Of a stretch of 64,000 bases of DNA, positions 53,731 to 63,336 are shown in pieces. This DNA comes from an uncultured Alistipes sp. (GTDB lineage: Bacteria > Bacteroidota > Bacteroidia > Bacteroidales > Rikenellaceae): NCBI GenBank assembly GCA_964530735.1, contig CAZGYX010000007.1, forward strand, positions 998-64,997, read 5' to 3'. A program made the translations under genes and the position numbers. The notes beneath the pieces were generated by a model, which saw only the letters and a list, made by a program, of their open reading frames with translations, did not search any database and was not told the origin of the DNA. How positions within the stretch are numbered: position 1 is the first letter of the stretch; every line of letters starts with the position of its first letter.

Positions 53731-54864
53731 ATGAAAAAGTGGAGTTTTCTTTCCGGTTTCGTCGCGCTGACGGCGCTCTTGGGAGGCTGCACGTCGGCCT
53801 ATTATACCTCGGCGGGGTATGCGGGCGATGACCTGTATGCGACGCACGACAAAGTGCAGATCGCCCGTCGCCAACAACAGGAAGCCGAAGCCCGAAAAGC
53901 CGAAGCGGAAGCGCGTCGCGCGGAGTGGGAAGCCCGCATCGCCGAGGCGGAAGCCCTTGCGGCGCAAAACGAATACGAAGGCACGGTGCACTCCGGCGGC
54001 CATACCTATTCGAGCGTGCTGGCCGATACCTACGAGAGCGCTTATGCCCGTCGCCTGCGCGGGTTCGAGTCGCCGACCTACCGCATGCCGTCGAGCTATT
54101 ACAATTTCCGTTACGGCGATGCGTTCACCTATGTTTCGGCTTACGATCCGGCGTTCTACAACATCGTCGTGTCGGGCGACCAAGTGTGGGTCGAACCCAA
54201 ATACATCTCCTCGATGTTCGGCACGTGGGGCGCAACGGTCTATACGGGCAACTGGTACGGCGGGTGGAACGTCGGCTGGGGATTCGGCTCCTCGTGGTGG
54301 GGGTATCCCGCGTGGGGTTGGAACTGGGGCTTCGCTTATCATCCGTGGCACGACCCGTGGTACCACCGTCCAGGGTGGGGCCCGGCATGGGGCCCGTCGG
54401 GGTGGCACGGCCATTGGTCCTACCGTCGTCCGCACAACTATCGGCTGGACAGCTACTCCCGTCCGAACAACAACGGCTGGCGGCAGCCTGTCGGCACCGG
54501 CAGCAGCCGGAACGAGGGCTACGGGCGTGGGTACAACACCGGCCGCACGGGCAGTTACAACAACAGCGGACGCGGCAGCAGCTACAACAGTCGCGGTACC
54601 GGCAGCCGGAACAACGGCTACAATAACAGCGGCACGTCCAACAACCGCAACAACAATGCGACGCGCCCTTCCGGCAGCAACAGCGACCGGAACAACAACT
54701 CGTACAACAGCGGGCGAGGGAGCAGCTACAACAGCGGGCGCGGCAGTTCGGACGGATTTTCCGGCGGCAGCCGCAGCGGCGGTTCGAGCGGCGGCAGTTA
54801 CGGCAGCAGCAGCAGCTCGGGCGGCAGAAACCGCAGTGGCGGAAGTTACAATCGCGGCCGTTGA
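53731..54864 (+). CDS. Lipoprotein with coiled coil, Trp/Gly-rich segment and Gly/Ser/Asn/Arg low-complexity tail
   Basis: Lipobox LGGC; DDLY motif; -7 box TATATTTG at 53648; YNSGRGSS repeats. Confidence 0.85.
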   Translation: MKKWSFLSGFVALTALLGGCTSAYYTSAGYAGDDLYATHDKVQIARRQQQEAEARKAEAEARRAEWEARIAEAEALAAQNEYEGTVHSGGHTYSSVLADTYESAYARRLRGFESPTYRMPSSYYNFRYGDAFTYVSAYDPAFYNIVVSGDQVWVEPKYISSMFGTWGATVYTGNWYGGWNVGWGFGSSWWGYPAWGWNWGFAYHPWHDPWYHRPGWGPAWGPSGWHGHWSYRRPHNYRLDSYSRPNNNGWRQPVGTGSSRNEGYGRGYNTGRTGSYNNSGRGSSYNSRGTGSRNNGYNNSGTSNNRNNNATRPSGSNSDRNNNSYNSGRGSSYNSGRGSSDGFSGGSRSGGSSGGSYGSSSSSGGRNRSGGSYNRGR

Positions 54865-54932
54865 GGCCGGACGCGGAACCCGTCGGAGCCGGGTGGCTCC
54901 GGCGAAATGGCAAACGGAAAAAACAGAAAGAG

Positions 54933-56648
54933 ATGAATGTAAGGATTTGGCTAACGGGCTGCTGTACGCTCTGCCTCGCCGCGATTTCGTCGCATGTGCA
55001 GGCGCAGTCCGATTATCGGTTCGGCGGATTGGCACTCAACCGCGATTTGATGATGGCGTGGGATTTCTCGTCGCTTTCGCGGACGCAGACCTTCGGTTCG
55101 GCTCGGTCGATGGGCATGGGCGGTGCGTTCGTTTCGTTGGGGGCCGACCTCGCGTCGATGTCGCTCAATCCGGCCGGATTGGGCATGTACCGGCATAACG
55201 AATTTTCGATTACGCCGCTCGTGTCGCTTTCGCGGGCTTCGTCGTCTTCGGCGGCGGGTGTCCAATCGTGGGCCGGCGACAGCAAAAACCGTTTCGCGCT
55301 GGCCGATGTCGGGTTGGCGTTCAATCTGTTCGAGCGGGCCAACGGGGCCTTGACCAGCATGACGCTCGGTTTCGGGCTGAACCGCGTGGCCGATTTCAAT
55401 ACGCGCTACTCGTTTGCGTCGGATGTGCGCTACAACGGCGCGATGGTGCCCAGCATCGCCGACGTATTCGCGCAGCAGCTGAATCAGGGCGGGGTCTTTC
55501 CCGAACCGAATCCCGAAGGCGGCCTGAACGGCCGGCTGGATTACCGCAATCCCTACTTTTGGCCTGCGGTGCTGGCCTACAAGAGTGCGATGACCCACGT
55601 GGTGCCTGCCGGTGCGGGCGACGTGTCCGAATGGGAGGCCGATGCTATCGGCCCGCGCGCGTCGATTCTCCGGTCGGTCGATGCGGTCGAATCGGGTTCG
55701 ATCAACGAATTCGACCTGTCGCTGGGCGCCAATCTGAACAACGTGGTCTATATCGGCGCTTCGCTCGGCATTCAGACGGTGCGCAAGTCGTCGACGCTCG
55801 TCTACGGCGAGGATTACGGCTATTTCGCCGACGGGGACGACGGCTATGCCTACGGCCCCGGCGGAGTGCTGCCCGCCCAACTGGAATATGCCGATTTGTG
55901 GCAGCGCACGGTACTCGACGGCGCGGGCGTGAATTTCAAATTGGGCGTCATCGTGCGGCCCGTCGGCGGGCTGCGGTTGGGCGTGGCCGTGCATACGCCG
56001 ACGTTCTATTCGCTCGACCGTTCGTATCGGGCGGGCATGGACTACCGGCTACTCTCCAACGAGGGTGAGCCCGACGACGAAAAACGGCTGGAATCGCCCA
56101 CGCAATACGACGAGGGCGAGGACAGTTGGGATTTCGTGTCGCCCGCGCGGCTGATGTTCGGGGCTTCGTATGCGTTCGGCAAGTTCGCGATCGTGTCGGT
56201 GGATTACGAACGCGACTGGTACAACGGCATACGGGTGAAAAACGTGCCGACCGGCTCGGATTTCGGCCCGACGGCCTACAAGGAGGATTTCAAGATGAAT
56301 TTCTGCGCGACGAACAACCTGCGGGCCGGTGTCGAACTGCGGCCGACGCCGATATTCGCGTTGCGCGCCGGATACGGTTATTCGTCGTCGATGCTGAAAG
56401 ACGAATCGCTGGCCTACGAGGTTCCCCAACTGACCGAAAGCTACTATTTTACGCTGGGCGCGGGCGTGAATCTGTCGCGCACCGTATCGCTGGATGTCGC
56501 CTACCAGTGTCTGCTCGACCGCCAAAGCGAATACCGGCTGTTTTACAGCTACGACCGGACGGCCGAGCAGTTCTCCTATGCGTCGGATCTCTACAAGACC
56601 TCGTTCACGCGCCATTTCATCGCCTTGACGCTGGGCGTCCACTTTTAA
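54933..56648 (+). CDS. OmpP1/FadL-family outer-membrane beta-barrel
   Basis: GSARSMGMGGAF.SLGAD..S.SLNPAGLG.Y; G.A.HTPT; C-terminal Phe. Confidence 0.85.
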   Translation: MNVRIWLTGCCTLCLAAISSHVQAQSDYRFGGLALNRDLMMAWDFSSLSRTQTFGSARSMGMGGAFVSLGADLASMSLNPAGLGMYRHNEFSITPLVSLSRASSSSAAGVQSWAGDSKNRFALADVGLAFNLFERANGALTSMTLGFGLNRVADFNTRYSFASDVRYNGAMVPSIADVFAQQLNQGGVFPEPNPEGGLNGRLDYRNPYFWPAVLAYKSAMTHVVPAGAGDVSEWEADAIGPRASILRSVDAVESGSINEFDLSLGANLNNVVYIGASLGIQTVRKSSTLVYGEDYGYFADGDDGYAYGPGGVLPAQLEYADLWQRTVLDGAGVNFKLGVIVRPVGGLRLGVAVHTPTFYSLDRSYRAGMDYRLLSNEGEPDDEKRLESPTQYDEGEDSWDFVSPARLMFGASYAFGKFAIVSVDYERDWYNGIRVKNVPTGSDFGPTAYKEDFKMNFCATNNLRAGVELRPTPIFALRAGYGYSSSMLKDESLAYEVPQLTESYYFTLGAGVNLSRTVSLDVAYQCLLDRQSEYRLFYSYDRTAEQFSYASDLYKTSFTRHFIALTLGVHF

Positions 56649-56680
56649 CCCCTTTAAGAAAGGGGATTTAAGGGCTGCGG

Positions 56681-56716
56681 GCGGTCGGCGGGCTTCGGAA
56701 AGTCAGGAAGCGCTCT
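56681..56716 (-). repeat. Inverted dispersed copy of the core of the 80-bp repeat
   Basis: Reverse complement matches 12366-12400 at 31/36 positions. Confidence 0.7.
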
Positions 56717-56815
56717 GACCCGAAGCGGGACGAAGACTGCGGAGACCGACACGCAAGTGGCGGGCCTTCGCGGGCGAAGGCTTCGGCCCGCGCGACACGG
56801 TCGCTGGGAATAGAA

Positions 56816-58126
56816 TTACCCGATTTTGTAATAGGTAAATCCCGCTTCGGCGACCTCTTCGGGGTCGTAGATGTTGCGGCCGTCGATGAGCACTTTGGCC
56901 CGCATCAGCCGTTCCAGCACCGCGAACGAGGGCACGCGGAACGCTTTCCACTCCGTCAGCAACAGCAACGCGTCGGCATCCGCCGCCGCCTCGTACATCT
57001 CCTTGCAGTAGACCACCTTGTCGCCCAGACGGCGTTTGCACTCGGTCATCGCTACGGGGTCGTAGACCTTGACCGTGACGCCGGCGGCCAGCAGCCGGTC
57101 GATGACGACCAGCGCGGGAGCCTCGCGCATGTCGTCGGTTTCGGGCTTGAACGCCAATCCCCACAGGGCGACCGTCTTGCCGGCCAGTGCTCCGGCATAG
57201 TGTTTCGAGAGTTTCTCGAACAGCACCGATTTCTGCCGTTCGTTCACCTCGTCCACCGCCCGCAGCACCTGCATCGGGTAGCCGTTCTGTTCGGCCGTTT
57301 TAATCAACGCCTTGACATCCTTCGGAAAACAGCTGCCGCCGTAGCCGCAACCCGGATAGAGGAATTTCTTGCCGATGCGCGTGTCCGACCCGATGCCGCG
57401 CCGCACCATGTTGACGTCGGCCCCGACCCGTTCGCACAGGTTGGCGATGTCGTTCATGAACGAAATGCGCGTCGCCAGCATCGCGTTGGCGGCGTATTTG
57501 GTCATCTCGGCCGACGGAATGTCCATGAAGTAGACCCGGAAATTGTTGGTCAGGAACGGCCGGTAGAGCCGCGACATGGTTTTGCGGGCGCGTTCGCTTT
57601 CGATGCCGACCACCACGCGGTCGGGCGACATGAAATCCTTGATGGCGGCCCCCTCTTTCAGGAATTCGGGATTGCTCGCCACCTCGAATTCGATTTGTTC
57701 GCCGCGTTTGTCCAGCTCCTCCTGAATCGCCGCCTTGATTTTGCGGGCGGTACCGACGGGTACGGTCGATTTGGTGACCAGCATCGTGTATTTCCGGATG
57801 TTGCGGCCGAACGTCCGCGCCACTTCCAGCACGTATTTCAGGTCGGCCGAGCCGTCCTCGTCGGGCGGCGTGCCGACGGCCGAAAAGACCACTTCGACCG
57901 CATCGAGGCAGTCGCACAGGTCGGTCGTGAAGTGGAGCCGTCCGGCTTCGACGTTGCGGCGGACGAGTTCGTCCAGCCCGGGTTCGTAAATGGGCATTTC
58001 GCCCGCGAGCAGGCGTTCGATTTTCCGACGGTCGATGTCCACGCAGGTGACGTCGATGCCCATTTCGGCGAAACATGCGCCCGAAACGAGCCCGACGTAT
58101 CCGGTTCCGACGATGGCGATATTCAT
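56816..58126 (-). CDS. ugd: UDP-glucose 6-dehydrogenase
   Basis: GTGYVG, TKSTVPVGT, SNPEFLKEG, GYGGSCFPKD, GLAFKP.TDDMRE, DGRN. Confidence 0.96.
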   Translation of the reverse strand: MNIAIVGTGYVGLVSGACFAEMGIDVTCVDIDRRKIERLLAGEMPIYEPGLDELVRRNVEAGRLHFTTDLCDCLDAVEVVFSAVGTPPDEDGSADLKYVLEVARTFGRNIRKYTMLVTKSTVPVGTARKIKAAIQEELDKRGEQIEFEVASNPEFLKEGAAIKDFMSPDRVVVGIESERARKTMSRLYRPFLTNNFRVYFMDIPSAEMTKYAANAMLATRISFMNDIANLCERVGADVNMVRRGIGSDTRIGKKFLYPGCGYGGSCFPKDVKALIKTAEQNGYPMQVLRAVDEVNERQKSVLFEKLSKHYAGALAGKTVALWGLAFKPETDDMREAPALVVIDRLLAAGVTVKVYDPVAMTECKRRLGDKVVYCKEMYEAAADADALLLLTEWKAFRVPSFAVLERLMRAKVLIDGRNIYDPEEVAEAGFTYYKIG

Positions 58127-58156
58127 GATCGATGCGATTGTAATGACGACCCGAAT

Positions 58157-59086
58157 TTAGTCAAAATCGGGCAAACCGCCAAATTCCGCGCAATTCCGGC
58201 GGATGCGTTCCAGTCCGCTGCGGGTGAGGGGCGTCGCGCCCATGCGCTCGGCGAACTCGGCTTCGGTCATCGTCCGCCAGCGTTCCGGCGTCAGCGCGAG
58301 GGGGTCGAACTGCGGGTCGAACGCCCGGTTGGCGTGCTGCGGCGCGCGGCGGTTGTAGGGACAGGCGTTCTGGCAGGCGTCGCACCCGAAAATCCAGCCG
58401 TGCAGGTCGATGCGGCCGTCCGGTTCCCGCTCGACGGTGTGGCAGGAGATGCAGCGGTTCGTGTCGACGACCCGTTCCGCCACGAGCGCGCCCGTCGGGC
58501 AGTGCTCCATGCAGGCGCGGCACTCGCCGCAGCGCGAGCCCTCGAACGGAGGGTCGTAGGCATCGGCTTCGTCGCAGAGGAGCAGTTCGCCCAGCAGTAC
58601 GAAGGTGCCGTATTGCGGCGTGACGAGCAGGGACTGCCGCCCGATCCAGCCCAGTCCCGCTTCGACGGCCAGCTGTTTTTCGGCCAGCGGGGCCGTGTCG
58701 ACGAACGCGCGGCCTTGCAGGCCGGGAGCCTCCTCGCGCAGGGCGGCGAACAGCCCGCCGAGCATGGCCCGGATGGTGTCGTGGTAGTCTTTGGCGCAGG
58801 CGTAGGAGGCCACTTTGGTGCGGCAGCCGGGCGGGTAGCCCCCGCTGAACCGGTTTTTATAGGACACGGCGCAGACGACGGCCGTGCGGGCCCGTTCGAC
58901 CAGCCGGCGCGGGTCGAAACGTTTGTCGGCGTTGCGCTCCATGTAGCCCAGCGACGACTGGTAGCCGTGTGCGAGCCAGTCGCGGAACCACGCCTCGTTG
59001 TCGGCGAAGCGCCGGCAGCGGGCGATGCCGCAAAGGTCGAATCCGGCGTCGGAGGCGTGCCGTTTTATCGTTTGCGCGGAGAGCAT
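58157..59086 (-). CDS. queG: tRNA epoxyqueuosine(34) reductase
   Basis: DYH, FVDTAPLAEK..A..AGLGWIG, CGECRAC..HCPTGA, CIS..T.E, FGCDACQ.ACP.N. Confidence 0.95.
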   Translation of the reverse strand: MLSAQTIKRHASDAGFDLCGIARCRRFADNEAWFRDWLAHGYQSSLGYMERNADKRFDPRRLVERARTAVVCAVSYKNRFSGGYPPGCRTKVASYACAKDYHDTIRAMLGGLFAALREEAPGLQGRAFVDTAPLAEKQLAVEAGLGWIGRQSLLVTPQYGTFVLLGELLLCDEADAYDPPFEGSRCGECRACMEHCPTGALVAERVVDTNRCISCHTVEREPDGRIDLHGWIFGCDACQNACPYNRRAPQHANRAFDPQFDPLALTPERWRTMTEAEFAERMGATPLTRSGLERIRRNCAEFGGLPDFD

Positions 59087-59201
59087 GGCCGAAAAGGGGT
59101 CGAAAATGTACGATTTTACCTCAAAAATAGTATTTTTTGCCGGATTTATCGTAATTTCGTACCCGATTTTCCGTTCTTCTTACGGACCAAACAACGAAAC
59201 T

Positions 59202-60851
59202 ATGACTTTCAGAACACTTTGCGAGGTGGCTCGCAACAGCGTCGAGAAATATGCGTCGCAGGTTGCTTTCGCGATGTTCGGCGGGGAGGAGGTAACCTAT
59301 GCCGAAGCCGGACGGCGCATGGCCGAAGTGCAGCGGCTGCTGACCGCTGCGGGGCTCGAACCCGGCGACAAGGTGGCCCTGTTGAGCAGCAGCATGCCCA
59401 ACTGGGGCATCGGTTATTTCGCCGTCGTGTCGGGCGGCATGGTCGCCGTGCCGATTCTGCCCGACTTCTCGTCGGAGGAGCTCGACATGATTATCGAACA
59501 CTCCGAAGCCAAAGCCCTGCTCGTATCGGACAAACTTTTTACCAAATTGTCGAAAGAGACGGTCGGGCGGCTGAATGTGGTGATCCGCACCAAGAATCTC
59601 GGCGTCATTTCGCAGCCCGTGCACCGGCAGGGGCACACGGCCGAACCGAAGCCCGAAGACACGGCGGCCATCATCTACACGTCGGGCACCACGTCGAGCC
59701 CCAAAGGGGTGATGCTCTCCCATGCGGCCTTGTGTGCGCAGGCCGACATGTTCGAGCAGATGCTGCCCGTCGACCGCGACGATGTTTTCCTGTCGGTGCT
59801 GCCGCTGTCGCACACCTACGAGTGTTCTATCGGCATGATTTATCCTTTCTCGATGGGTTCGCGGGTCTTCTACCTCGACCGGCCGCCTACGGCCGCCGTG
59901 CTGATGCCTGCGCTGCGGGCCGTGCGTCCCACGTTGATGCTCATCGTGCCGCTGATTATCGAGAAAATCTATCGCGGGAAGGTGCTGGCCAGATTCAACT
60001 CCAACGGATTCTGGCGCACGATGTACCGCGTCGGTTTCATGCGCCGCTATCTGCACCGCGTGGCGGGCAAGAAGCTGATGAAACTCTTCGGCCGGCGGCT
60101 GCGTTTCTTGGGCATCGGCGGTGCGAAACTCGACCGCGGGGCCGAGCAGTTCCTGCTGGAAGCCAAAGTCCCCTACGGCATCGGCTACGGTCTGACCGAA
60201 ACGGCCCCGCTGCTGGCCGGTGCGGTGCCCTCGAACGTGCGTTTGGGCTCGACGGGCCCTGCCGCTCCGGGCGTGCAGTTGCGGCTGGAAAACGTCAATC
60301 CCGAGACGCATCAAGGCGAAATCGTCGCCTTGTCGCCGAGCGTGATGCAGGGTTATTTCAAAAATCCCGAAGCGACGGCCGACGTCTTCACGGCCGACGG
60401 CTGGTTCCGCACGGGTGATTTGGGCGAAATCGACGCCGAAGGACGGCTCTACATCAAGGGCCGCCTGAAAAACATGATCGTCGGCCCGGGCGGTGAGAAC
60501 ATCTATCCCGAAGACATCGAGAGCGTGCTCAATTCGCACGTCTACATCACCGATTCCATCGTGACGGAGCAGGAGGGCCATTTGGTCGCGCTCGTGCACT
60601 TCAACCGCGACGAAATCGAGGCGACGCTCGAAGACTGGCGCGAGCAGTGGGCCAACAAGCGCGAGGCGTGGGAGGCCAAGACCGACCAGCTCAAAAAGGA
60701 GATCATGGAGTTCGTGAACGCCAAAGTGAACAAGTTTTCGCGCATTTCGGAGGTGGTCGAGGAGAAAGAGGAGTTCGTGAAGACCCCGACGCTGAAAATT
60801 CGCCGCTTCCTCTACAACAACCGGAAAAAGGAGAAAGTCGCGAGCGAATAA
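59202..60851 (+). CDS. Long-chain fatty acid-CoA ligase (AMP-binding)
   Basis: YTSGTTSSPKGVML, LPLSH.YE, GYGLTET, FRTGDLG, GRLKN.IV..GENIYPE. Confidence 0.92.
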   Translation: MTFRTLCEVARNSVEKYASQVAFAMFGGEEVTYAEAGRRMAEVQRLLTAAGLEPGDKVALLSSSMPNWGIGYFAVVSGGMVAVPILPDFSSEELDMIIEHSEAKALLVSDKLFTKLSKETVGRLNVVIRTKNLGVISQPVHRQGHTAEPKPEDTAAIIYTSGTTSSPKGVMLSHAALCAQADMFEQMLPVDRDDVFLSVLPLSHTYECSIGMIYPFSMGSRVFYLDRPPTAAVLMPALRAVRPTLMLIVPLIIEKIYRGKVLARFNSNGFWRTMYRVGFMRRYLHRVAGKKLMKLFGRRLRFLGIGGAKLDRGAEQFLLEAKVPYGIGYGLTETAPLLAGAVPSNVRLGSTGPAAPGVQLRLENVNPETHQGEIVALSPSVMQGYFKNPEATADVFTADGWFRTGDLGEIDAEGRLYIKGRLKNMIVGPGGENIYPEDIESVLNSHVYITDSIVTEQEGHLVALVHFNRDEIEATLEDWREQWANKREAWEAKTDQLKKEIMEFVNAKVNKFSRISEVVEEKEEFVKTPTLKIRRFLYNNRKKEKVASE

Positions 60852-60867
60852 AAGCGCGAACGATATG

Positions 60868-60909
60868 CCGGGAGGGCCGTCCGATTCACAGGACGGCCCT
60901 CCCGGTTTT
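60868..60909. terminator. Terminator between convergent genes
   Basis: CCGGGAGGGCCGTCC/GGACGGCCCTCCCGG 15-bp stem plus T4. Confidence 0.88.
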
Positions 60910-60925
60910 GTGCGGGGCGGCGGAG

Positions 60926-61210
60926 TTACTGCCCGATGTAGCTTTTCAGCGCTTCGACGTATTCGGCGAACGCGTCGCGGCCTGTGTCGGTGATCCGGCA
61001 GACCGTGCGCGGCATCTTTCCCCGAAATCCTTTTTCTATGGCGATGTAACCCGCTTTGGCGAGTTTGTCCAGCTGCACCGACAGATTGCCCGCCGTCGCG
61101 CCGGTCTGTTCGCGCAGGTAGACGAAATCGGCGCTTTCGACCCCCAACAGCATCGACATCACGGCCAGCCGCAGTTCGGAGTGGAGCAGGGGATTCAGTT
61201 CCTTAAACAT
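60926..61210 (-). CDS. Winged-helix (ArsR/MarR-like) transcriptional regulator
   Basis: LNPLLHSELRLAVMS.L...F..L...T.GNLS.QL.KL..AGYI....F.GK.P.T...IT..G..AF..Y. Confidence 0.9.
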   Translation of the reverse strand: MFKELNPLLHSELRLAVMSMLLGVESADFVYLREQTGATAGNLSVQLDKLAKAGYIAIEKGFRGKMPRTVCRITDTGRDAFAEYVEALKSYIGQ

Positions 61211-61835
61211 GGTGCTGGCTCGCTTGGCGGTTCGACCGGTGGCAGAGGATGTGTCCGGGCACGATCATCAACGCGACGAATGCGGCGGCGAAAAGCGCGG
61301 CATTCCATGCGGGCGCGAACGCGAACAGAAAGAGCGGGGAGAGTGCGATTCCGACGAATCCGCTGACGACGAAAGGCGTGAACCGGCACACGAGGCCCGA
61401 GAGCGCGCACCCGATGCTCATCAGCAAAACGATGAGAAAGAGAATCGGCGGGTTGAGGAAGGTAGCGATGGTGAGTGTCGTGACGACGAGTGCGACGATG
61501 CCCAGCACCAGCCAGATTTGCCCGATTACGCGGTCGACGAAGGTCGTGACCGTGCCTCCGGCCGTCGGACGGCGCCGGAGCAGGTGCATGCCGAGCCAGC
61601 CGCACACGGGCAGTCCGAACCACAGCCAGTTCCAGCGGCCGTCGTGCGTCGTGGCGATGAGGGCGTAGTTGGCGGCCGTGAACAGCACGGTCAGATAACC
61701 CCAAAGCAGGAACGGCAGTCCGGCATTGCGTACCATTCGGTTGCGCGTGTTTTCGATCATCCGGCCGATGAGTTCCAGACTCTCGGCGGCATTCAGTTCG
61801 CGGTTGTCCAGCGATTCGTTTTGCAGTGTTTTCAT
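61203..61835 (-). CDS. Multi-pass membrane protein (hypothetical)
   Basis: ESLELIGRMIENTR..PFLLWG; about six TM segments; overlaps the regulator start. Confidence 0.8.
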   Translation of the reverse strand: MKTLQNESLDNRELNAAESLELIGRMIENTRNRMVRNAGLPFLLWGYLTVLFTAANYALIATTHDGRWNWLWFGLPVCGWLGMHLLRRRPTAGGTVTTFVDRVIGQIWLVLGIVALVVTTLTIATFLNPPILFLIVLLMSIGCALSGLVCRFTPFVVSGFVGIALSPLFLFAFAPAWNAALFAAAFVALMIVPGHILCHRSNRQASQHHV

Positions 61836-61855
61836 AGGTGTGTTTTTGAGATTTT

Positions 61856-62077
61856 TTACTTTTCTTCTTTTTCGCAGTCGAAGATGTGGAACAGGCCGGA
61901 CAGCAACAGATTGAGCCCCCAGCCGCCGGCAACCCATGCGACCCACCAGTATTGGGGCGAGGTGCAGAGATTGACGAAAAACAAAAAGAGGCAGATGACG
62001 ACATAACGAATAGCCTCACGGAGGAAATGCCGTTTGAATCGGATGTCGCTTTCGGTGGTGGAAATGATGGTTTTCAT
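61856..62077 (-). CDS. 2TM-domain small membrane protein
   Basis: F..H...YV.I..FL..VN..TSP.YWW..WV..GWG..L. Confidence 0.75.
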   Translation of the reverse strand: MKTIISTTESDIRFKRHFLREAIRYVVICLFLFFVNLCTSPQYWWVAWVAGGWGLNLLLSGLFHIFDCEKEEK

Positions 62078-62123
62078 AGGCGTGCTTTTTATGGGATACC
62101 CCGATTTTTTTTGTTTGCTGCTG

Positions 62124-62155
62124 CAAATATAAAGTAGTTTATATAATAAACCAAA
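62124..62155 (-). promoter_or_regulatory. Promoter TTTG-N20-TATATTTG containing the palindrome GTTTAT-N3-ATAAAC
   Basis: Canonical Bacteroidota spacing; palindrome at 62137-62151. Confidence 0.7.
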
Positions 62156-62250
62156 TTTTCGGCCGAATTTTTTTTCGTTGGCGGAAAGGTGGGAACCGGA
62201 AAAGGGGGAGTACGGCCGGGAAGATAGCCCCTCCGGTCGAACCGCAAAAT

Positions 62251-62283
62251 AAAAAAGCACTCCACATCGCGTGGAGTGCTTTT
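62251..62283 (-). terminator. Terminator after the TPR gene
   Basis: AAAAGCACTCCAC/GTGGAGTGCTTTT stem with A/T runs. Confidence 0.85.
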
Positions 62284-62306
62284 CTTGTTCGGTGATTGCC
62301 GGCCGC

Positions 62307-63239
62307 CTATTTCGACAGCTCGGCTACCGCTGCTTTCGCGCCTTCGGCGTTCGGGCCTGCGGTTACCTGCTTGAACGCGGCAATGGCCTGCGGTTTCATC
62401 TCTTTGGCGTTGTAGGCGGCACCCAGCAGGTAGTACATCTGGCTCTTGGCTTCGGGCTCGGTCTGCGCCTCGGCAGCTGCTTCGCCCAGCTCGATGACCT
62501 TGGCGAAATCCTTTTTGCCGTTGTAAGCCTGCAACCGCACGCTCAAAGCCAATGCGTTCGCGGGATTCTTCTCCAACATCTCGTCGGCCATTTTGATGAT
62601 GCCGTCGTAGTCATTGGCCGCCTGCATCTTGGCCACTTGGTTGTTGGTGTAGAACATCATCATCTCTTTGGCTTTGGCAACCGCTTCGGCGTACTTGTCG
62701 GGGTTCATGGCGGCGATGTTCTCATACACTTCCATGCCTTTCACGTAGTCGCCCGATTCGCAGTAGCTCATCGCCAAGTTCAACGCCATTTCGGTGTTGC
62801 GCGGATCGGCCGCATAACCTTTGGCGAAAATCTCGGCGGCCTTTGCGTAGTCCTTGTCGTTGTAGGCCGTGCCGCCCTGTACCTGATAGGTCTTGGCAAT
62901 CCAGCCTTTGGCCTTGTTGGCTTGGGCGATGTCGCCGAACTGCCCGGCCACTTCGGCCGATTTGGCGAAATTCTCGGCCGCCTTGTCGAAATTCTTTGCT
63001 TGGAAAGCGGCTCCGCCCAGCATGAAGTAGCAGCGCGGCAGGTATTTCTTGGCGTTCGCTGCGGCATCCGTCGTGCCTTCGGCGTCTTGGGCGAGCACCT
63101 CCTCGAATTTGGCGGCGGCGCCTGCGAAATCCTTTTGTCCGTAAGCCGATGCGCCCTCGTTGAAGAGTGCCGACAGGTCTTGGGCCGACAGCGACACCGT
63201 CGCCGTCAAGGCCGCAATCAATACGAATAATTTTTTCAT
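62307..63239 (-). CDS. Exported TPR-repeat protein
   Basis: Signal peptide MKKLF..SAQ; repeated G...Y..KD+..AA..F helices. Confidence 0.85.
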   Translation of the reverse strand: MKKLFVLIAALTATVSLSAQDLSALFNEGASAYGQKDFAGAAAKFEEVLAQDAEGTTDAAANAKKYLPRCYFMLGGAAFQAKNFDKAAENFAKSAEVAGQFGDIAQANKAKGWIAKTYQVQGGTAYNDKDYAKAAEIFAKGYAADPRNTEMALNLAMSYCESGDYVKGMEVYENIAAMNPDKYAEAVAKAKEMMMFYTNNQVAKMQAANDYDGIIKMADEMLEKNPANALALSVRLQAYNGKKDFAKVIELGEAAAEAQTEPEAKSQMYYLLGAAYNAKEMKPQAIAAFKQVTAGPNAEGAKAAVAELSK

Positions 63240-63336
63240 GGTGTAATCGTTTTTAATAATTCTCAAAAGTCCGGCGACCGATACGGTCGGTCATAATATA
63301 TGCAAAATTAAAAAATAATCTTGATTCTTGCAAAAT

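Noticed and set aside
56816-58126. ugd as a marker of a capsule locus
   Set aside because: It stands with queG only; no glycosyltransferase, flippase or UpxY genes nearby
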